Origin: a virus
Virus record (IMG/VR): IMGVR_UViG_3300010412_000002
Span: 1 to 64,000 of that record
DNA: 64,000 bases
Direction: 5' to 3' (one strand)
Shown here: in pieces, positions 47,477 to 58,782 of the stretch
Layout of the letters: each line of letters opens with the position of its first letter
How positions within the stretch are numbered: the stretch's first letter is position 1
Made by a program: the position numbers and the translations under genes
Notes under the pieces: model-generated
Told to the model about the DNA's origin: nothing
Database searches by the model: none
The model's input: only the letters and a program-made list of their open reading frames with translations

Positions 47477-49765
47477 ATGATTAATAGAGAGAACTTCTTA
47501 GTTCATGATTTTGAGGTACATCACCCAGCATCATTATCTTATAAAACATATTGGACAGAACAAAAACGTAGATGCATAGAGGGGCATTGGGTATCAGGTC
47601 AATGGATGCCTGGGCGTCTCTATTTCTATGTTAACATGGCTACTATTCTTTTAAATAAAAAAGGAAGTAAAGTCAAGTTCTATGGCAGGCCGCTGTTGCG
47701 AGACCTGGAATGGGCCTTTTTCCCTATTTGGGAAGAGGCTCGTGGTTTTTCTGGCTTTGACGAAGATGAAGAATATTCTTCGCATAGGGCTCTTCTAGAA
47801 TATGGGGAAGACCAAAAAGCAGAGCTAGAAATGAATTATCCAGACGCTTATCCAACGTTAGTAAAACCCGATGGTACGCTCAAAAAGTATGTACGAGCTA
47901 AGGATTACATAGGACAACAACATGCAACTTCTTTAGGAAAACCGCTATTTCTTAATGAATCAAAGAACCTAATGATGCTAGGTCCCCGCGGTTTCGGGAA
48001 GAGTTATTCCGTTGGATGTGGTATTGTAGCTCCAGAATTTCTGTTTGATGGCAAGACTCGACTGCGTAATCCAGATGGGAACAAGCCTTCTAGTGTATCA
48101 ATTGTAGGAGCTGCGGATGCTAAATATTCTAACGATCTACTAGGCAAAACAAAAATTACATTAGATAATTTACCTGGATCACTGGAGATAAATGGGGTAT
48201 TCACTCCTTCTCCTATTTCGAAAAAATACAAAGGATCTCTACAACCAGGTAAAGAAATAGAAGCTAGATATAAAGTAAAAGTAGGTGGGAACTGGAGAAC
48301 GCTTGGATCAGGTTCCCTTATTAAGAATCGTACCTTTAAAGATAATCCATACGCAATTCAAGGAACTCGTTCTTCCACGGTTATTTACGAAGAGGCTGGT
48401 ATGTTCTCAAACCTAAGAGAAAGTTACAACAACTCTGTGGATGTAATGAAAGATGGTTCACACAAGTTTGGTTCCGCGATGTTTCTAGGAACTGGTGGTG
48501 ACATGGGAGCTGGTACTATTGATGCTTATTACATGTTTTATAATCCCGATGAATTTGATCTTATTACATTTGATGATCAATGGGAGCATAAAGGTAATAT
48601 CAGTTACTTTATTCCTGCTCATTATGGAGATAATGCGTACAAAGATTCCCATGGTTACACCAGGGTTGAGTATGGTCTAAAACGAGAAATAGCTACCAGA
48701 GAACGGCTAGCAGGAGACAAAGGGGCTTCGTCTACTTTAGATGCGTACATAGTCTATCACCCACTTGTACCATCTGAGATGTTCCTTGTGAAGGGAACAA
48801 ATATTTTTCCTGTTCTGGAATTACGTAGACGTCGACAGGAGCTAGACGAAAGTTCAACTGTAGCTCTACTTGAAAAGAGAGTTGAACTATATTATGATCC
48901 TAATGCAAAGGCCACTGACGGCGTAAATTATAAGTTAGATGTAAGTAATAAGCTAAAACCTATTCGAGAATTTCCTTACAAAGGAGATGATAAAGAGGGA
49001 GCGCTTGTTATTTACGAGTTACCCATCTTAGATGATAAGACCGGAAAAGTGCCAAATGATCTGTATTTAATTGGGCATGACCCTGTAAGAACAGATAACC
49101 CAGACGGACCGTCTTTGGCTAGCGTGTATGTACTGAAGACTAAAAAATATAAGTACAAATATGGGCATGATGAAGTCGTAGCTCAGTATGTTGGTCGACC
49201 ATTTAGAGGTCGAAATGTAACCAACGAATTAATATTAAAGTTATCAAAATTCTATAACGCCAAAGTATATTTTGAAAATTCTGTTGGCAATGTTAAAGAA
49301 TATTTTGAAAAACATAAAGAGTTACATAGACTAGCAACACAACCAAAAACTGTGTTCACAAATAAAGCGTCATATGAAATTCGAGGAGCATCCACAGTAT
49401 ACGGATATCCAATGGAAGGACGCAAGAATAAAATTGATGCACTACATTACGTTGCTGAATGGCTACTAGAAGAAAGAGGCGAAAGTAGAGATGGCCGAAC
49501 GATACGTAACTTAGATCTACTACCTGATGTAGGATTGTTAGATGAATTAATCTTTTTTAACCTGGAGGGAAACTTCGACCGTGTCATGGGTTTTGCCGGA
49601 TGCATTGTTGGATTAGAAGAAACTCATAATCAGTACGAAGAGGAATTATTTGCGAAGACAGATACCAAGAATCCTATAACAGACTTTTTTAACAATAACA
49701 AAACTCTATTTGCAAATGGCATTAGTAAGCAACATGACCTTTCCCTCTCAAAGGCTGTCGTATAA
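47477..49765 (+). CDS. terL: terminase large subunit (crAss-like)
   Basis: Walker A PRGFGKSY, IYEEAG, GTGGD, nuclease GHDP and FDRVM; directly upstream of the portal gene. Confidence 0.9.
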   Translation: MINRENFLVHDFEVHHPASLSYKTYWTEQKRRCIEGHWVSGQWMPGRLYFYVNMATILLNKKGSKVKFYGRPLLRDLEWAFFPIWEEARGFSGFDEDEEYSSHRALLEYGEDQKAELEMNYPDAYPTLVKPDGTLKKYVRAKDYIGQQHATSLGKPLFLNESKNLMMLGPRGFGKSYSVGCGIVAPEFLFDGKTRLRNPDGNKPSSVSIVGAADAKYSNDLLGKTKITLDNLPGSLEINGVFTPSPISKKYKGSLQPGKEIEARYKVKVGGNWRTLGSGSLIKNRTFKDNPYAIQGTRSSTVIYEEAGMFSNLRESYNNSVDVMKDGSHKFGSAMFLGTGGDMGAGTIDAYYMFYNPDEFDLITFDDQWEHKGNISYFIPAHYGDNAYKDSHGYTRVEYGLKREIATRERLAGDKGASSTLDAYIVYHPLVPSEMFLVKGTNIFPVLELRRRRQELDESSTVALLEKRVELYYDPNAKATDGVNYKLDVSNKLKPIREFPYKGDDKEGALVIYELPILDDKTGKVPNDLYLIGHDPVRTDNPDGPSLASVYVLKTKKYKYKYGHDEVVAQYVGRPFRGRNVTNELILKLSKFYNAKVYFENSVGNVKEYFEKHKELHRLATQPKTVFTNKASYEIRGASTVYGYPMEGRKNKIDALHYVAEWLLEERGESRDGRTIRNLDLLPDVGLLDELIFFNLEGNFDRVMGFAGCIVGLEETHNQYEEELFAKTDTKNPITDFFNNNKTLFANGISKQHDLSLSKAVV

Positions 49766-52145
49766 AAAGAAGATTGAAAACAATCTTAAGTGGGGAAAAG
49801 ACATGATCGACAATCTATGCTTGTATTATCAGCATAGCTACGATGGTGAGTCAGATAGTGAGGGCAGATCCTCTTATCGAAATAAATGGACAAACTACCA
49901 ACTATATAATAACATGTTGGAACAATCTGAATTTGAACGAGATTGCAACTTGTTAGGCATTGAAGTTGGTCAGTTTAAAGATGAGATTAAGCCTTACAAT
50001 AAGACTCCCAATAAAATTCAAGTTTTACTTGGAGAAGAAATGCGCAGACCTTTTAACTATAACAGTTTGCTAATCAATAGCTCTGGTATTCGTACAAAAC
50101 AGGCTATGCGCACCGAGCTGCTTAAAGAAACAATTCTTAAGAACATTGAAGAACTAGTTCAAGTTATTAGAGAACTAAATCAAAATCCTGAGGATCCGGC
50201 AGCAGAACAACGTGTGCAAGAGAAGATAAACGCTCTTGTACCGCCAGAAGAACTACAGACGTTGTCTCCTTCTACATATTTAGATAGGAGAGAAATTATG
50301 GCTACTAAGCTGCTTAAGTATCTAACTAAGCAGCAGAATATTCGTGAGAAGATGAACGACGCATTTAAACACGGACTCATCTCGGGTGAAGAAGCTGCTT
50401 GGGTTGGCGTACGTAATAACCAACCAGTTGTGGATGTTCTGAACTCACTAGGATTATTCTATGATAAATCCCCCGAAGTTAAATATATTCAAGATGGCCG
50501 CTTTGCTGGATATCGAACTATGATGACTACTGGCGATGTAATTGATCGTTGGATTGATGAGTTATCTGAAGATGATTTAACAAAGTTAGAGGGCCCTATG
50601 CAAGGTATAAATGGTGTTCGCGATGATCTAGTAGGAAAGGAAATGAACTACCATAATGTGGATCTATACTACGAATACATGTCTCGAATGGGAGACTATG
50701 GATTCGAAGAAGGCTCGTATGGCCGCGCTCAAAATGGTGATCACGTACTAGTTACGCATGTGGAATGGAAGTCAATGCGTAAGGTTTATTTTGTAACGTA
50801 TGTCAATGAATTTGGCGACAAGCAAAAAGATATCTACTCAGAAGAATTTGAAATTCCTTCTCATTTCCGTGAAGAGAAAAAGAACTTAGGTCCAACTAAA
50901 ACTAAGAAAGTTTGGACTGATGGTGTGTCAGTAATTGAAGAAGCCTGGATTCCAGAAGTATGGGAAGGTACTCGTATCGGTGATGATATTTATGTAGGAA
51001 TTCGTCCTAAGTCATATCAACATCGTAATGAAGATAACCCATATGATGTAAAATTAGGTTATCACGGGCTTGTATATAACAACATGAATGCAGGTTCTGT
51101 TTCTCTTATGGATCGTATGAAACCTTTTCAATATCTCTATTTCTTTGTAATGCATAAGATGAAACTTATGATTGCAAAAGATAAAGGTCAAGTATTCCAT
51201 TTCGATACTTCTATGGTACCAGAGAATATGTCTATTGAGAAGGTACTATATTACTTGGAAAATCTTGATCTAGATATTTATAACTCATTGCAGAACGCTC
51301 AAATGGCTGGGGCTACGCAACGTGGCAAGATTACTGGCTCAACGAATCGTTCCAATATGCAACACATCGTAAGTTATATTAATGTTCTGGATGCGTTGGA
51401 TATGCAGATTTCAGATGTAGCAGGTATTCCAAAACCACGCGAAGGTTATACACCTACTCAACAAGCAGTAACTAATGCGCAACAGGATCTTCAACAATCT
51501 TCTGCTGTTACGGAAGCTGTATACTTTGCTCCACACTATAATCTTTGGAGACATATTTTAACATCTCTTCTTGAATGCGCGCAGGCTGTATGGAAAAATA
51601 AATCTATTGTTAAGCAGTATGCATTAGATGATATGTCAATTGAAACATTGGAACTTACTCCAGATGACTTATCAAACGATTCTATTGGATTATTTGTTTC
51701 AAACTCATATGAAGATTCCCAGATTATAGAAACCTTAAAGAGCATGGCTCAGCCCCTTATTCAAAATGATAAGGCAAAGATCTCTGATCTTATTCGTATT
51801 GTTAAATCTAGTTCTATTCAAGAGCTTGAACAGTACATTCGTCAATCAGAGAAAACCGCAGAGGAAGCTCTTAATAGACAGTACGAACAACAACAGAAAG
51901 TTGTGGAAATGCAGATTGAGGCTAAGAAAGCTGAGATTGAAGATCAACAAGAACACGAAAAAGAACTCAAGCAGATGGAACTTGATAATGCCATTCTAAT
52001 AAAGCAAATGGAAATCGAGTCGGATCAAATGATAGACACATTAGAAGAAAGAAAGCTTGAGCAAGAAAGAACGCTTGCAGAGAAGAAATTAGACGTAGAA
52101 CGTCAAAAAGTACAAGCGCAAAAGAATAAACCCGTCAGCAAATAA
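49716..52145 (+). CDS. portal protein (crAss-like)
   Basis: About 810 aa after TerL; PSQRLSYKKK, EVWEGTRIG, SLMDRMKPFQYLY and a coiled-coil C-terminus. Confidence 0.85.
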   Translation: MALVSNMTFPSQRLSYKKKIENNLKWGKDMIDNLCLYYQHSYDGESDSEGRSSYRNKWTNYQLYNNMLEQSEFERDCNLLGIEVGQFKDEIKPYNKTPNKIQVLLGEEMRRPFNYNSLLINSSGIRTKQAMRTELLKETILKNIEELVQVIRELNQNPEDPAAEQRVQEKINALVPPEELQTLSPSTYLDRREIMATKLLKYLTKQQNIREKMNDAFKHGLISGEEAAWVGVRNNQPVVDVLNSLGLFYDKSPEVKYIQDGRFAGYRTMMTTGDVIDRWIDELSEDDLTKLEGPMQGINGVRDDLVGKEMNYHNVDLYYEYMSRMGDYGFEEGSYGRAQNGDHVLVTHVEWKSMRKVYFVTYVNEFGDKQKDIYSEEFEIPSHFREEKKNLGPTKTKKVWTDGVSVIEEAWIPEVWEGTRIGDDIYVGIRPKSYQHRNEDNPYDVKLGYHGLVYNNMNAGSVSLMDRMKPFQYLYFFVMHKMKLMIAKDKGQVFHFDTSMVPENMSIEKVLYYLENLDLDIYNSLQNAQMAGATQRGKITGSTNRSNMQHIVSYINVLDALDMQISDVAGIPKPREGYTPTQQAVTNAQQDLQQSSAVTEAVYFAPHYNLWRHILTSLLECAQAVWKNKSIVKQYALDDMSIETLELTPDDLSNDSIGLFVSNSYEDSQIIETLKSMAQPLIQNDKAKISDLIRIVKSSSIQELEQYIRQSEKTAEEALNRQYEQQQKVVEMQIEAKKAEIEDQQEHEKELKQMELDNAILIKQMEIESDQMIDTLEERKLEQERTLAEKKLDVERQKVQAQKNKPVSK

Positions 52146-52219
52146 TTACATAATTTTTTAAATAAATTGCTGTCCATAGGTTATTATATTATAAATTATA
52201 ATTAAAATTTTTTATCTTT

Positions 52220-53353
52220 ATGTCGACTGAATATACACTTGAAGACGTTCTCGAGTTTTTAGAAGCTGAAGAGCAGTCTGGAGAATATACAGATCAGAAT
52301 GTAGCAAAGTTCGAGAAAGAGAAAATCTCTACTCCTCCCAAAGTTGAATCAGAAGAAGAACCCGAAGAACTCGAAGAAACGGAAGAAACTGAAGAAGAAC
52401 CAGAGGAACAGAAACCTGCTATAATAGAAGAACAAGAAGAAAGTTCTGAAGAAGACGAAATCACTGAAGGTGATATCCCCAACGCTTATTATAAGTTTCT
52501 CGTAGATAATAATGTTATTGTTGTTGACGAGAATTTCAAGTTTGATGGTAGTGCAGATGCCTTAGAAGAGGCTCTACTCAAGACACGTGAGAATCTAACC
52601 ACTCAAGCTCTTACTTCTCTTTGGAACAGACTATCTCCAGACTTTCAAGCTGCCCTCAAATATAACTTAGATGGAGGCAAAAGTTTCGAAGAATTTGCAA
52701 AAGTATATAGTAAAACCGATGATATTTCAGCCTATGATCTAAATAAACTAGATGATCAAAAAGCTATTGTCGAAAAGTACTATAAGCTAACTAGCAAATA
52801 TAGCGATGAGCGTATCCAAAAATTCATTAACCGCCTAATTGAAACGGAAGAACTATACGATGAAGCGGAAGATGCTCTTGAATACATTAAAGAACACCAA
52901 GTTGCTGAACGTAAGAAGCTCCTAGAAGAGACCGAGCAAAAGCGACTTGAGCAAGAGAAAGCTGTGGAAGAATGGCGTTCTGGAATTATCGGATTAATTA
53001 ATGATTCTGAAATTCCTAAACCACGTCGTTCTAAAGTTCAAGCTTTCTTACTGAATCCAATTAAACGTGGAGAATCAGTTGGAACTGATTTTGAAAGAAC
53101 TTTATCTGCTATCTTTCAAAACCCACAGCATTACATTCAGCTAGCAGATATTTTATATAACTACGATGAAAAGAAAGGTCTCGATCTTTCTAGGTTCGTC
53201 GAGAAACAAAAAACTCAGGCCAGCTCTAAGTTTCAAAAAGAACTAGAGGAGGCACTTCGCACAGGCGGAAAAGCAAGAGGAGGTAGTCCCGAAGCACCGT
53301 CGAAGTCGCTGAAATTGGACTGGGAAAATATCCTAGAACAACTAGACAATTAA
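52220..53353 (+). CDS. acidic scaffolding-like protein
   Basis: Very Glu-rich; lies between portal and major capsid genes. Confidence 0.65.
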   Translation: MSTEYTLEDVLEFLEAEEQSGEYTDQNVAKFEKEKISTPPKVESEEEPEELEETEETEEEPEEQKPAIIEEQEESSEEDEITEGDIPNAYYKFLVDNNVIVVDENFKFDGSADALEEALLKTRENLTTQALTSLWNRLSPDFQAALKYNLDGGKSFEEFAKVYSKTDDISAYDLNKLDDQKAIVEKYYKLTSKYSDERIQKFINRLIETEELYDEAEDALEYIKEHQVAERKKLLEETEQKRLEQEKAVEEWRSGIIGLINDSEIPKPRRSKVQAFLLNPIKRGESVGTDFERTLSAIFQNPQHYIQLADILYNYDEKKGLDLSRFVEKQKTQASSKFQKELEEALRTGGKARGGSPEAPSKSLKLDWENILEQLDN

Positions 53354-53370
53354 TAAAATTTTAACTTAAC

Positions 53371-54843
53371 ATGGCAACTACTAGAAGTCAATTTATTATT
53401 AAGCATTACGATGGATTTGGTGGCAACTTTGTTGACTCCCAATATCTGGCTGCTTCTTACGAAACTGGCAAGCCGCACATGTTCAACAATACTCTGATGA
53501 AGATTTATTCTTCGCAGAATCGTTGGTTCACTGGCAAGCCGCTGCTCGGTATGACGGGCGCAAAATCTTTCGGTAAAGTAACTATTGATACCGAAATTTT
53601 CCGTTGGAAACTGCAAGGTGCTGAAGAAAAAGTCGCCCGCGTTGTTGAGAACGTGGACGTCTCTAACACTACTCCAGGCCTGAATGGTGCTACTTTCCGT
53701 ATCAAACTCGATCTTGATTACTATGCAGAACCGGATGTACTCCTTCCGGAAGATAACGATTTCCCTTGTGAAATCATTGGTGATCCTATTCAAGATGGTA
53801 CTGGTTATGTGTACGTTCTACGTCTGCAGGGTGATGATCCTACCTCTGTACTCCCCGCTTACCTCATGGAAGAAGGTCGTGAGTGGAGCAAAGGCTGGAC
53901 CACGGTACAATCCGAATACAACAAGAAGTTTGGTACCCAACAGGTTCCTGCTTCCTTCATGCTCGAAAGCCAAGTTGGTGCCTTCGCTCAGAAGTTCACT
54001 GTAACTGATAAGGCTATGCGTGATGAAGGCCGTTTGGCAGTTGAATTCATGGTAACTGACCCCAAAACTGGCAAAGAAACCGTAGTTAAGCGTTTCATGC
54101 CTATGTTCGAAGCTAAGATGCACGATGAACTCTATATGTCTATGGAGTATCAATTCCATCTTGGTCGCAAGCAAACTCGTCCTGGTCATGACGGTTACTG
54201 GAAGAAGACTGGTCCCGGTCTGCGTCAGCAACTTGCTGATTCTTGGATCGAGTACTATAATGGTCCCCTGACTGTTAACCGCCTGAAGGATTACTTGCTT
54301 TCTATTTTCTTCTCACGTGAGAATGAGCAGAATAGAAAAGTCACGGTTATGACTGGTACCCTTGGTTCCTTGATTTTCCATGACATGCTCGCTTCCGAAG
54401 CTTCTAGCTTCTTCACGGTTGATACTAACTTCGTACAGCAGATTTCAAAGAATCCGCGTCACCTTTCCTTCGGTGCTCAATTTACGCACTACCAAGGTCC
54501 GGAAGGAATCGAAGTTACGTTGATCAAAAATCCACTTTACGATTCTCGTAAATTCTGTAAGCGCATGCACCCGCTGTATCCGGAATTCCCAATTGATTCC
54601 GCACGCTTTACTTTCCTTGACTTTGGTACTTCCGATGGTCGTAATAACATCTCGATGGTTGAAGTTGCTGATACCTATCGTTATGGTTACACCGTAGGTA
54701 CTGTAGGCCCAATGGGTCCAGTTAAAGGTGGTCAGGCTGGTGCTCTTGTCGCTGGTTATGATATGTTCGTAGAAGGTACTGGTGGTATCTGGATGGTAGA
54801 CATTACCCGTGGTGGTGAATTGATCTACGACTACGAATATTAA
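53371..54843 (+). CDS. major capsid protein (crAss-like)
   Basis: 490 aa, strong high-expression codon bias, GPGLRQQL and VMTGTLG motifs, synteny TerL-portal-scaffold-MCP. Confidence 0.85.
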   Translation: MATTRSQFIIKHYDGFGGNFVDSQYLAASYETGKPHMFNNTLMKIYSSQNRWFTGKPLLGMTGAKSFGKVTIDTEIFRWKLQGAEEKVARVVENVDVSNTTPGLNGATFRIKLDLDYYAEPDVLLPEDNDFPCEIIGDPIQDGTGYVYVLRLQGDDPTSVLPAYLMEEGREWSKGWTTVQSEYNKKFGTQQVPASFMLESQVGAFAQKFTVTDKAMRDEGRLAVEFMVTDPKTGKETVVKRFMPMFEAKMHDELYMSMEYQFHLGRKQTRPGHDGYWKKTGPGLRQQLADSWIEYYNGPLTVNRLKDYLLSIFFSRENEQNRKVTVMTGTLGSLIFHDMLASEASSFFTVDTNFVQQISKNPRHLSFGAQFTHYQGPEGIEVTLIKNPLYDSRKFCKRMHPLYPEFPIDSARFTFLDFGTSDGRNNISMVEVADTYRYGYTVGTVGPMGPVKGGQAGALVAGYDMFVEGTGGIWMVDITRGGELIYDYEY

Positions 54844-54869
54844 TCACATTTAAACTATATAATATAATT

Positions 54870-54889
54870 CTTCATTATTAATAATGAAG
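54870..54889. promoter_or_regulatory. perfect 20-bp palindrome downstream of the capsid gene
   Basis: CTTCATTATTAATAATGAAG. Confidence 0.55.
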
Positions 54890-54915
54890 GACGTTAAAGC
54901 ACTAAAAACGTAAAA

Positions 54916-55887
54916 ATGGGACGCAAAGTTTTTATTAAGTCAATTCCGCGCGAAACTGCGCTGAAGATAGAAGACTGGGTCAACGACTCATCTGGTATTA
55001 GAATGAAGAAAACCAAAGTAGGACGCACTCGCGACGCTATTATGGCTCTTTATAGTCCGAAAGTTGGGGGCCTAAAGAATGGGCTTAGTTATAAGCCTTG
55101 GATGGAAGAGGGTAAGCAGGTGAAGGACGCAAACGGGCAACCTCTCACGCTTCAAGATAAACTTGAAAAAAAGTGGGGATTGGAGCCCGGTACCCTCACC
55201 AACAGAAGTTGGAGAAGAGGGGAATCTACATCTGAAGACAAACTTACTTACTATCAGAAGACAACTTGGAAACTTAACGATGGTTCCACTGTACTAGATC
55301 TCGATAACATGGAAGATGAATTGGGATACTACGTAGCACTGGACGACTCTAAAGTTGCCAACTCTGAGGCAGAATGGCGATCACATAAATGGCCAAAAGC
55401 TACTCATTATATTGCTTGGGAAAATGAAGCAGAAGAACTCAAGTTCTCTCGTACTTCTCAAAAATCTAAAGCATTCTCGCAATTGCATGATCCAGAGATG
55501 TCTTCTACTATGAAACGTAAGTTCATCTACTTACTTGGAATCGCATCCGCAACAACCACCCTTACAGACGAACAAGTACACAACCTACTATTTGATTATA
55601 TTGATGCTACGGCATTTACCCCCGGCTCGAACATCGAGAAGTTCCAAGAACTTTCTGGGATGCTCAAGTCCAAAGACGGTAGAGATCAGCTTGAAGCTCG
55701 TTTCCTATTGAAGCAAGCTCAAGATTATCGAATCATATATGAAAAAGCAGGTACGTACACATGGGTTCGTCCGGAAGGAACTCTTGAATTAGGTAATACT
55801 TTAAGCGAAGCTGTAGACTTTATCCTGAATCCCAAAAAACAGGGTCTAGTTGAAGAACTCGAATCCGCAATCAAAGCTAAACAATAA
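54916..55887 (+). CDS. conserved crAss-like post-capsid protein
   Basis: 323 aa; C-terminal LGNTLSEAVDFILNPK; synteny. Confidence 0.6.
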   Translation: MGRKVFIKSIPRETALKIEDWVNDSSGIRMKKTKVGRTRDAIMALYSPKVGGLKNGLSYKPWMEEGKQVKDANGQPLTLQDKLEKKWGLEPGTLTNRSWRRGESTSEDKLTYYQKTTWKLNDGSTVLDLDNMEDELGYYVALDDSKVANSEAEWRSHKWPKATHYIAWENEAEELKFSRTSQKSKAFSQLHDPEMSSTMKRKFIYLLGIASATTTLTDEQVHNLLFDYIDATAFTPGSNIEKFQELSGMLKSKDGRDQLEARFLLKQAQDYRIIYEKAGTYTWVRPEGTLELGNTLSEAVDFILNPKKQGLVEELESAIKAKQ

Positions 55888-55889
55888 CG

Positions 55890-56615
55890 ATGATAATCAC
55901 CGAAATGCACTACGACTTTGACGTGAAAATTGATAAAGTAGCGTCATCGGGTAAGGCAAACTTTACACGGCCTGAAAAAGACTGGCTATTAAACCGTGGT
56001 ACCGAGCTTTTCATTAAGCAAAAATATGGAATGAATAATCCGCATAGGACAGGTTTTGAAGGAAGTCAAAAACGAATTGATGATTTAAAATCACTCGTAA
56101 TTAAATATCCTGAACAACCTGGAATCACTCCTACAGTGCATGATGAAAATACTTATGAAGTACCACTAAGCTCTTTGGTCTATCCCTATTGGTTCTTAGT
56201 CCGAGGTAGTGCTGAGGTAGTCTTTTCAGATTGTGTTCAATCCGCTTCTCTGAAGTTTATACAGCATGATGATTTAAATTATGCTCTTAAAGATCCTTTC
56301 AATAAGTCTTCTCGTGAAGAAATCCTATTTAACTTCGGTAGATCCTCCCAGGATCCAAGTATAGATTCTATTTATCTATACCCTGGGGGGTTAACCTTAG
56401 GTAAAATTTATTTGGAATATATTAAGCAGCCAGCAAGACTAAACTATGGCGGCTACCAATATATTGATGGAGTTACATACGCCCAAACAAATAGTGATCT
56501 TCCAGAACATACACATAGTGAGATAGTCGACTTAGCCGTGCAATTAGCTGCTGGCATTATAGAGGATCCTAACTACGTACAGTTGAAAACACAACAAGTG
56601 TTCACAAATGAATAA
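55890..56615 (+). CDS. head-tail connector / ring protein
   Basis: MIITEMHYDFD...EKDWLLN...SDLPEHTHSEIVDLAV pattern typical of crAss-like ring proteins. Confidence 0.65.
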   Translation: MIITEMHYDFDVKIDKVASSGKANFTRPEKDWLLNRGTELFIKQKYGMNNPHRTGFEGSQKRIDDLKSLVIKYPEQPGITPTVHDENTYEVPLSSLVYPYWFLVRGSAEVVFSDCVQSASLKFIQHDDLNYALKDPFNKSSREEILFNFGRSSQDPSIDSIYLYPGGLTLGKIYLEYIKQPARLNYGGYQYIDGVTYAQTNSDLPEHTHSEIVDLAVQLAAGIIEDPNYVQLKTQQVFTNE

Positions 56616-56634
56616 TTATTTTAAATTCTAAAAT

Positions 56635-58023
56635 ATGTCTTTATTTACGCAAAACAATAAGCGTGCAAACGAGACTTTTTTGGTAGCCGGAGTCTCTACG
56701 ACGACCGTGCCTAACCTTGGTACTGCTCTAGTTAATTCCTCTACTGGCGCCGTTAATCTTAGCGATGGCCAGATTGGTTTCTTTGCTGCTTATCCGATGG
56801 ATGGTGGTTCTATTTTGAATCTTAATACCGCCCTCAATCATACTACTACTTATAGTACGGTAGCCAACGCTCCTTGGATTCAAATTTTCCAAGGCACGGA
56901 GGATTCCGCAAACCCCGGCGCTTCTACCAAGAAGTATCCGCTTTTCCCGCGTCCGTACGAAGCTTCTAATGTAATTAAGGGTACGAACAATCTATCCGTA
57001 ACCAAGCAAGCTCCCGTATCACCTACGACGAGCACCTGGGTTATGGGTTCCGCCCAAGGTAACCACAATTCAATTACTGCTCTGGATAATACGGAGTATG
57101 GTATTGCTATTGCTTACCGTGGTCGCATGATGGATGAACTTTACTCACCCGAAGCTTCCAACCATATTACGCACTATTACACTACTCCTAACTATACCGC
57201 TTTGTCTACAGCTCAGCCTACGGATCATCTCCTGCAGAATCTTGCATGGCAGATTAACCGCAACTCTAAGGCTGTTGCTGTTAACCGTACGAAGTACCGT
57301 GGTTCTGAGCCTGTTGTTGCTCTCCTCGTAGACTCCAACACTCCTTCTGCTGGTGTAGCTATTGGTGGTGGTTCTCCTATTGCTGCTGGTGATACTATTC
57401 CTGTGGTTACCACTAACTTTGGTACTCGCTCGATTATCCTCACCGCAGATCAAGCAGAGTCTATTAAGAATGCTATGATTGCCGCTACTGGCCAAGTTAT
57501 TGCCTCTGTAGATGCTAACATTCTTAATATTAATCTTGCTACTGCTGGTACTGCTACTGGCGGTGTTGCTGATACCCTTATCTTGTTGGCTTTAGATCGT
57601 GATCAAGCTTTCGAAGATCGTATTCCTCAAGTCAAAGTCCGTTTGGACGTAGCAACCGCTGCTGGATTTGATGTCGACACTACTTACCTCACGGAAGAGG
57701 AAGAAGCTAGTGAAGGCCAAGGTCAAGGTCGCTGGTTGGATCTGTGGTACAAAGCTACCCATGGTCAACGTAAGTACAGCCTCGATCACACTATGGATCC
57801 CGTAATCGAATTCGATTCTCCGATTGATGTTACGGATGCCTATTATCAGTATACGATCCTTCATGAGGACGTAAATCAAGTAGATACGCATAATGTAGTT
57901 GTTTCTCCGCTCAAGGAAATTCTTCTTGTTCCGGATGCTAACACCACTCTCGTAACTGCTATCGACAACGTATTTGGTGCTTGGGTAACCTCTGCCAATG
58001 GCGTTGGTATTGTATCTGTATAA
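56635..58023 (+). CDS. abundant virion protein (auxiliary capsid-like)
   Basis: 462 aa with MCP-like codon bias; followed by a hairpin. Confidence 0.55.
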   Translation: MSLFTQNNKRANETFLVAGVSTTTVPNLGTALVNSSTGAVNLSDGQIGFFAAYPMDGGSILNLNTALNHTTTYSTVANAPWIQIFQGTEDSANPGASTKKYPLFPRPYEASNVIKGTNNLSVTKQAPVSPTTSTWVMGSAQGNHNSITALDNTEYGIAIAYRGRMMDELYSPEASNHITHYYTTPNYTALSTAQPTDHLLQNLAWQINRNSKAVAVNRTKYRGSEPVVALLVDSNTPSAGVAIGGGSPIAAGDTIPVVTTNFGTRSIILTADQAESIKNAMIAATGQVIASVDANILNINLATAGTATGGVADTLILLALDRDQAFEDRIPQVKVRLDVATAAGFDVDTTYLTEEEEASEGQGQGRWLDLWYKATHGQRKYSLDHTMDPVIEFDSPIDVTDAYYQYTILHEDVNQVDTHNVVVSPLKEILLVPDANTTLVTAIDNVFGAWVTSANGVGIVSV

Positions 58024-58044
58024 TCTAATTATATAAGTAGGGAA

Positions 58045-58060
58045 GGGGGAGCAATCCCCC
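58045..58060 (+). terminator. GNRA-capped hairpin, probable terminator
   Basis: GGGGGA-GCAA-TCCCCC after the gene end; weak U-tract. Confidence 0.5.
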
Positions 58061-58085
58061 TGCTCTATTATTAAACGTAACAATC

Positions 58086-58772
58086 ATGGCTAAGGCTAAA
58101 TTTTTTCTTAACGAAAATCGCAATACACAAATTGATCCTTCTACGGCTCTTCCTACTGACATTTATTTGCCTGCAAATAATGGTCGTGATGTAATCCGTC
58201 GGGAATCTACACAAGGTCGATTTTCTACTACTGTCCCAAGCTATTCTGTTTCTCTTAACAGCTATCTTACTAATTGGTTAGCAGAGAACTTTGATGCTGG
58301 GGATATTGTCTATCCCTTTACAGGTAACTTTGAGGTAGCTTCCGATACTGCTGTTATTACATCTGCAGTTGGTGTAGGTGTGACTGCTACTGCAGGTGAA
58401 ATTGATCTAACTTCTGCTGGAGGACCTATTGACATTAATTCTGCTACTGCTATCACTCTGGATTCGGACGGCGCTACAACTATCACTGCTGCCACCAATC
58501 TAACTGCTGAAGCAACTGCAGGCAAACTTAATCTTGTTGCAGGTACTTTGGATGTAGATATTGACGCCAATACGGATGTAACTGTTAACGCCACTACTGG
58601 TGATATCATTCTTACATCTGGTGATGATATTATCTTTACTCCAACTGCTAATCTCACGTTCACTCTTGCCGCTATTCCTACTTATGCAGACGATACTGCT
58701 GCAGGTGTTGGAGGATTGACCGCAGGTCAAGTTTACAAGCAGGCTACTGGAGAATTAATGATCAAACTTTAA
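58086..58772 (+). CDS. virion fibre/decoration protein A
   Basis: T/A/D/I beta-repeat region and C-terminus IPTYADDTAAGVGGLTAG. Confidence 0.6.
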   Translation: MAKAKFFLNENRNTQIDPSTALPTDIYLPANNGRDVIRRESTQGRFSTTVPSYSVSLNSYLTNWLAENFDAGDIVYPFTGNFEVASDTAVITSAVGVGVTATAGEIDLTSAGGPIDINSATAITLDSDGATTITAATNLTAEATAGKLNLVAGTLDVDIDANTDVTVNATTGDIILTSGDDIIFTPTANLTFTLAAIPTYADDTAAGVGGLTAGQVYKQATGELMIKL

Positions 58773-58782
58773 TTTCTAATCT

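Noticed and set aside
11919-49765. Inteins or introns in polA, helicase or terminase
   Set aside because: Lengths are ordinary, motifs are contiguous, and no intein splice-junction or LAGLIDADG blocks were seen.
52146-52219. Shared late-promoter motif (TATTATAT-like) before late genes
   Set aside because: Similar strings occur at about 37890, 52182, 54857 and 58028, but they are too low in complexity to distinguish from AT-rich background by eye.
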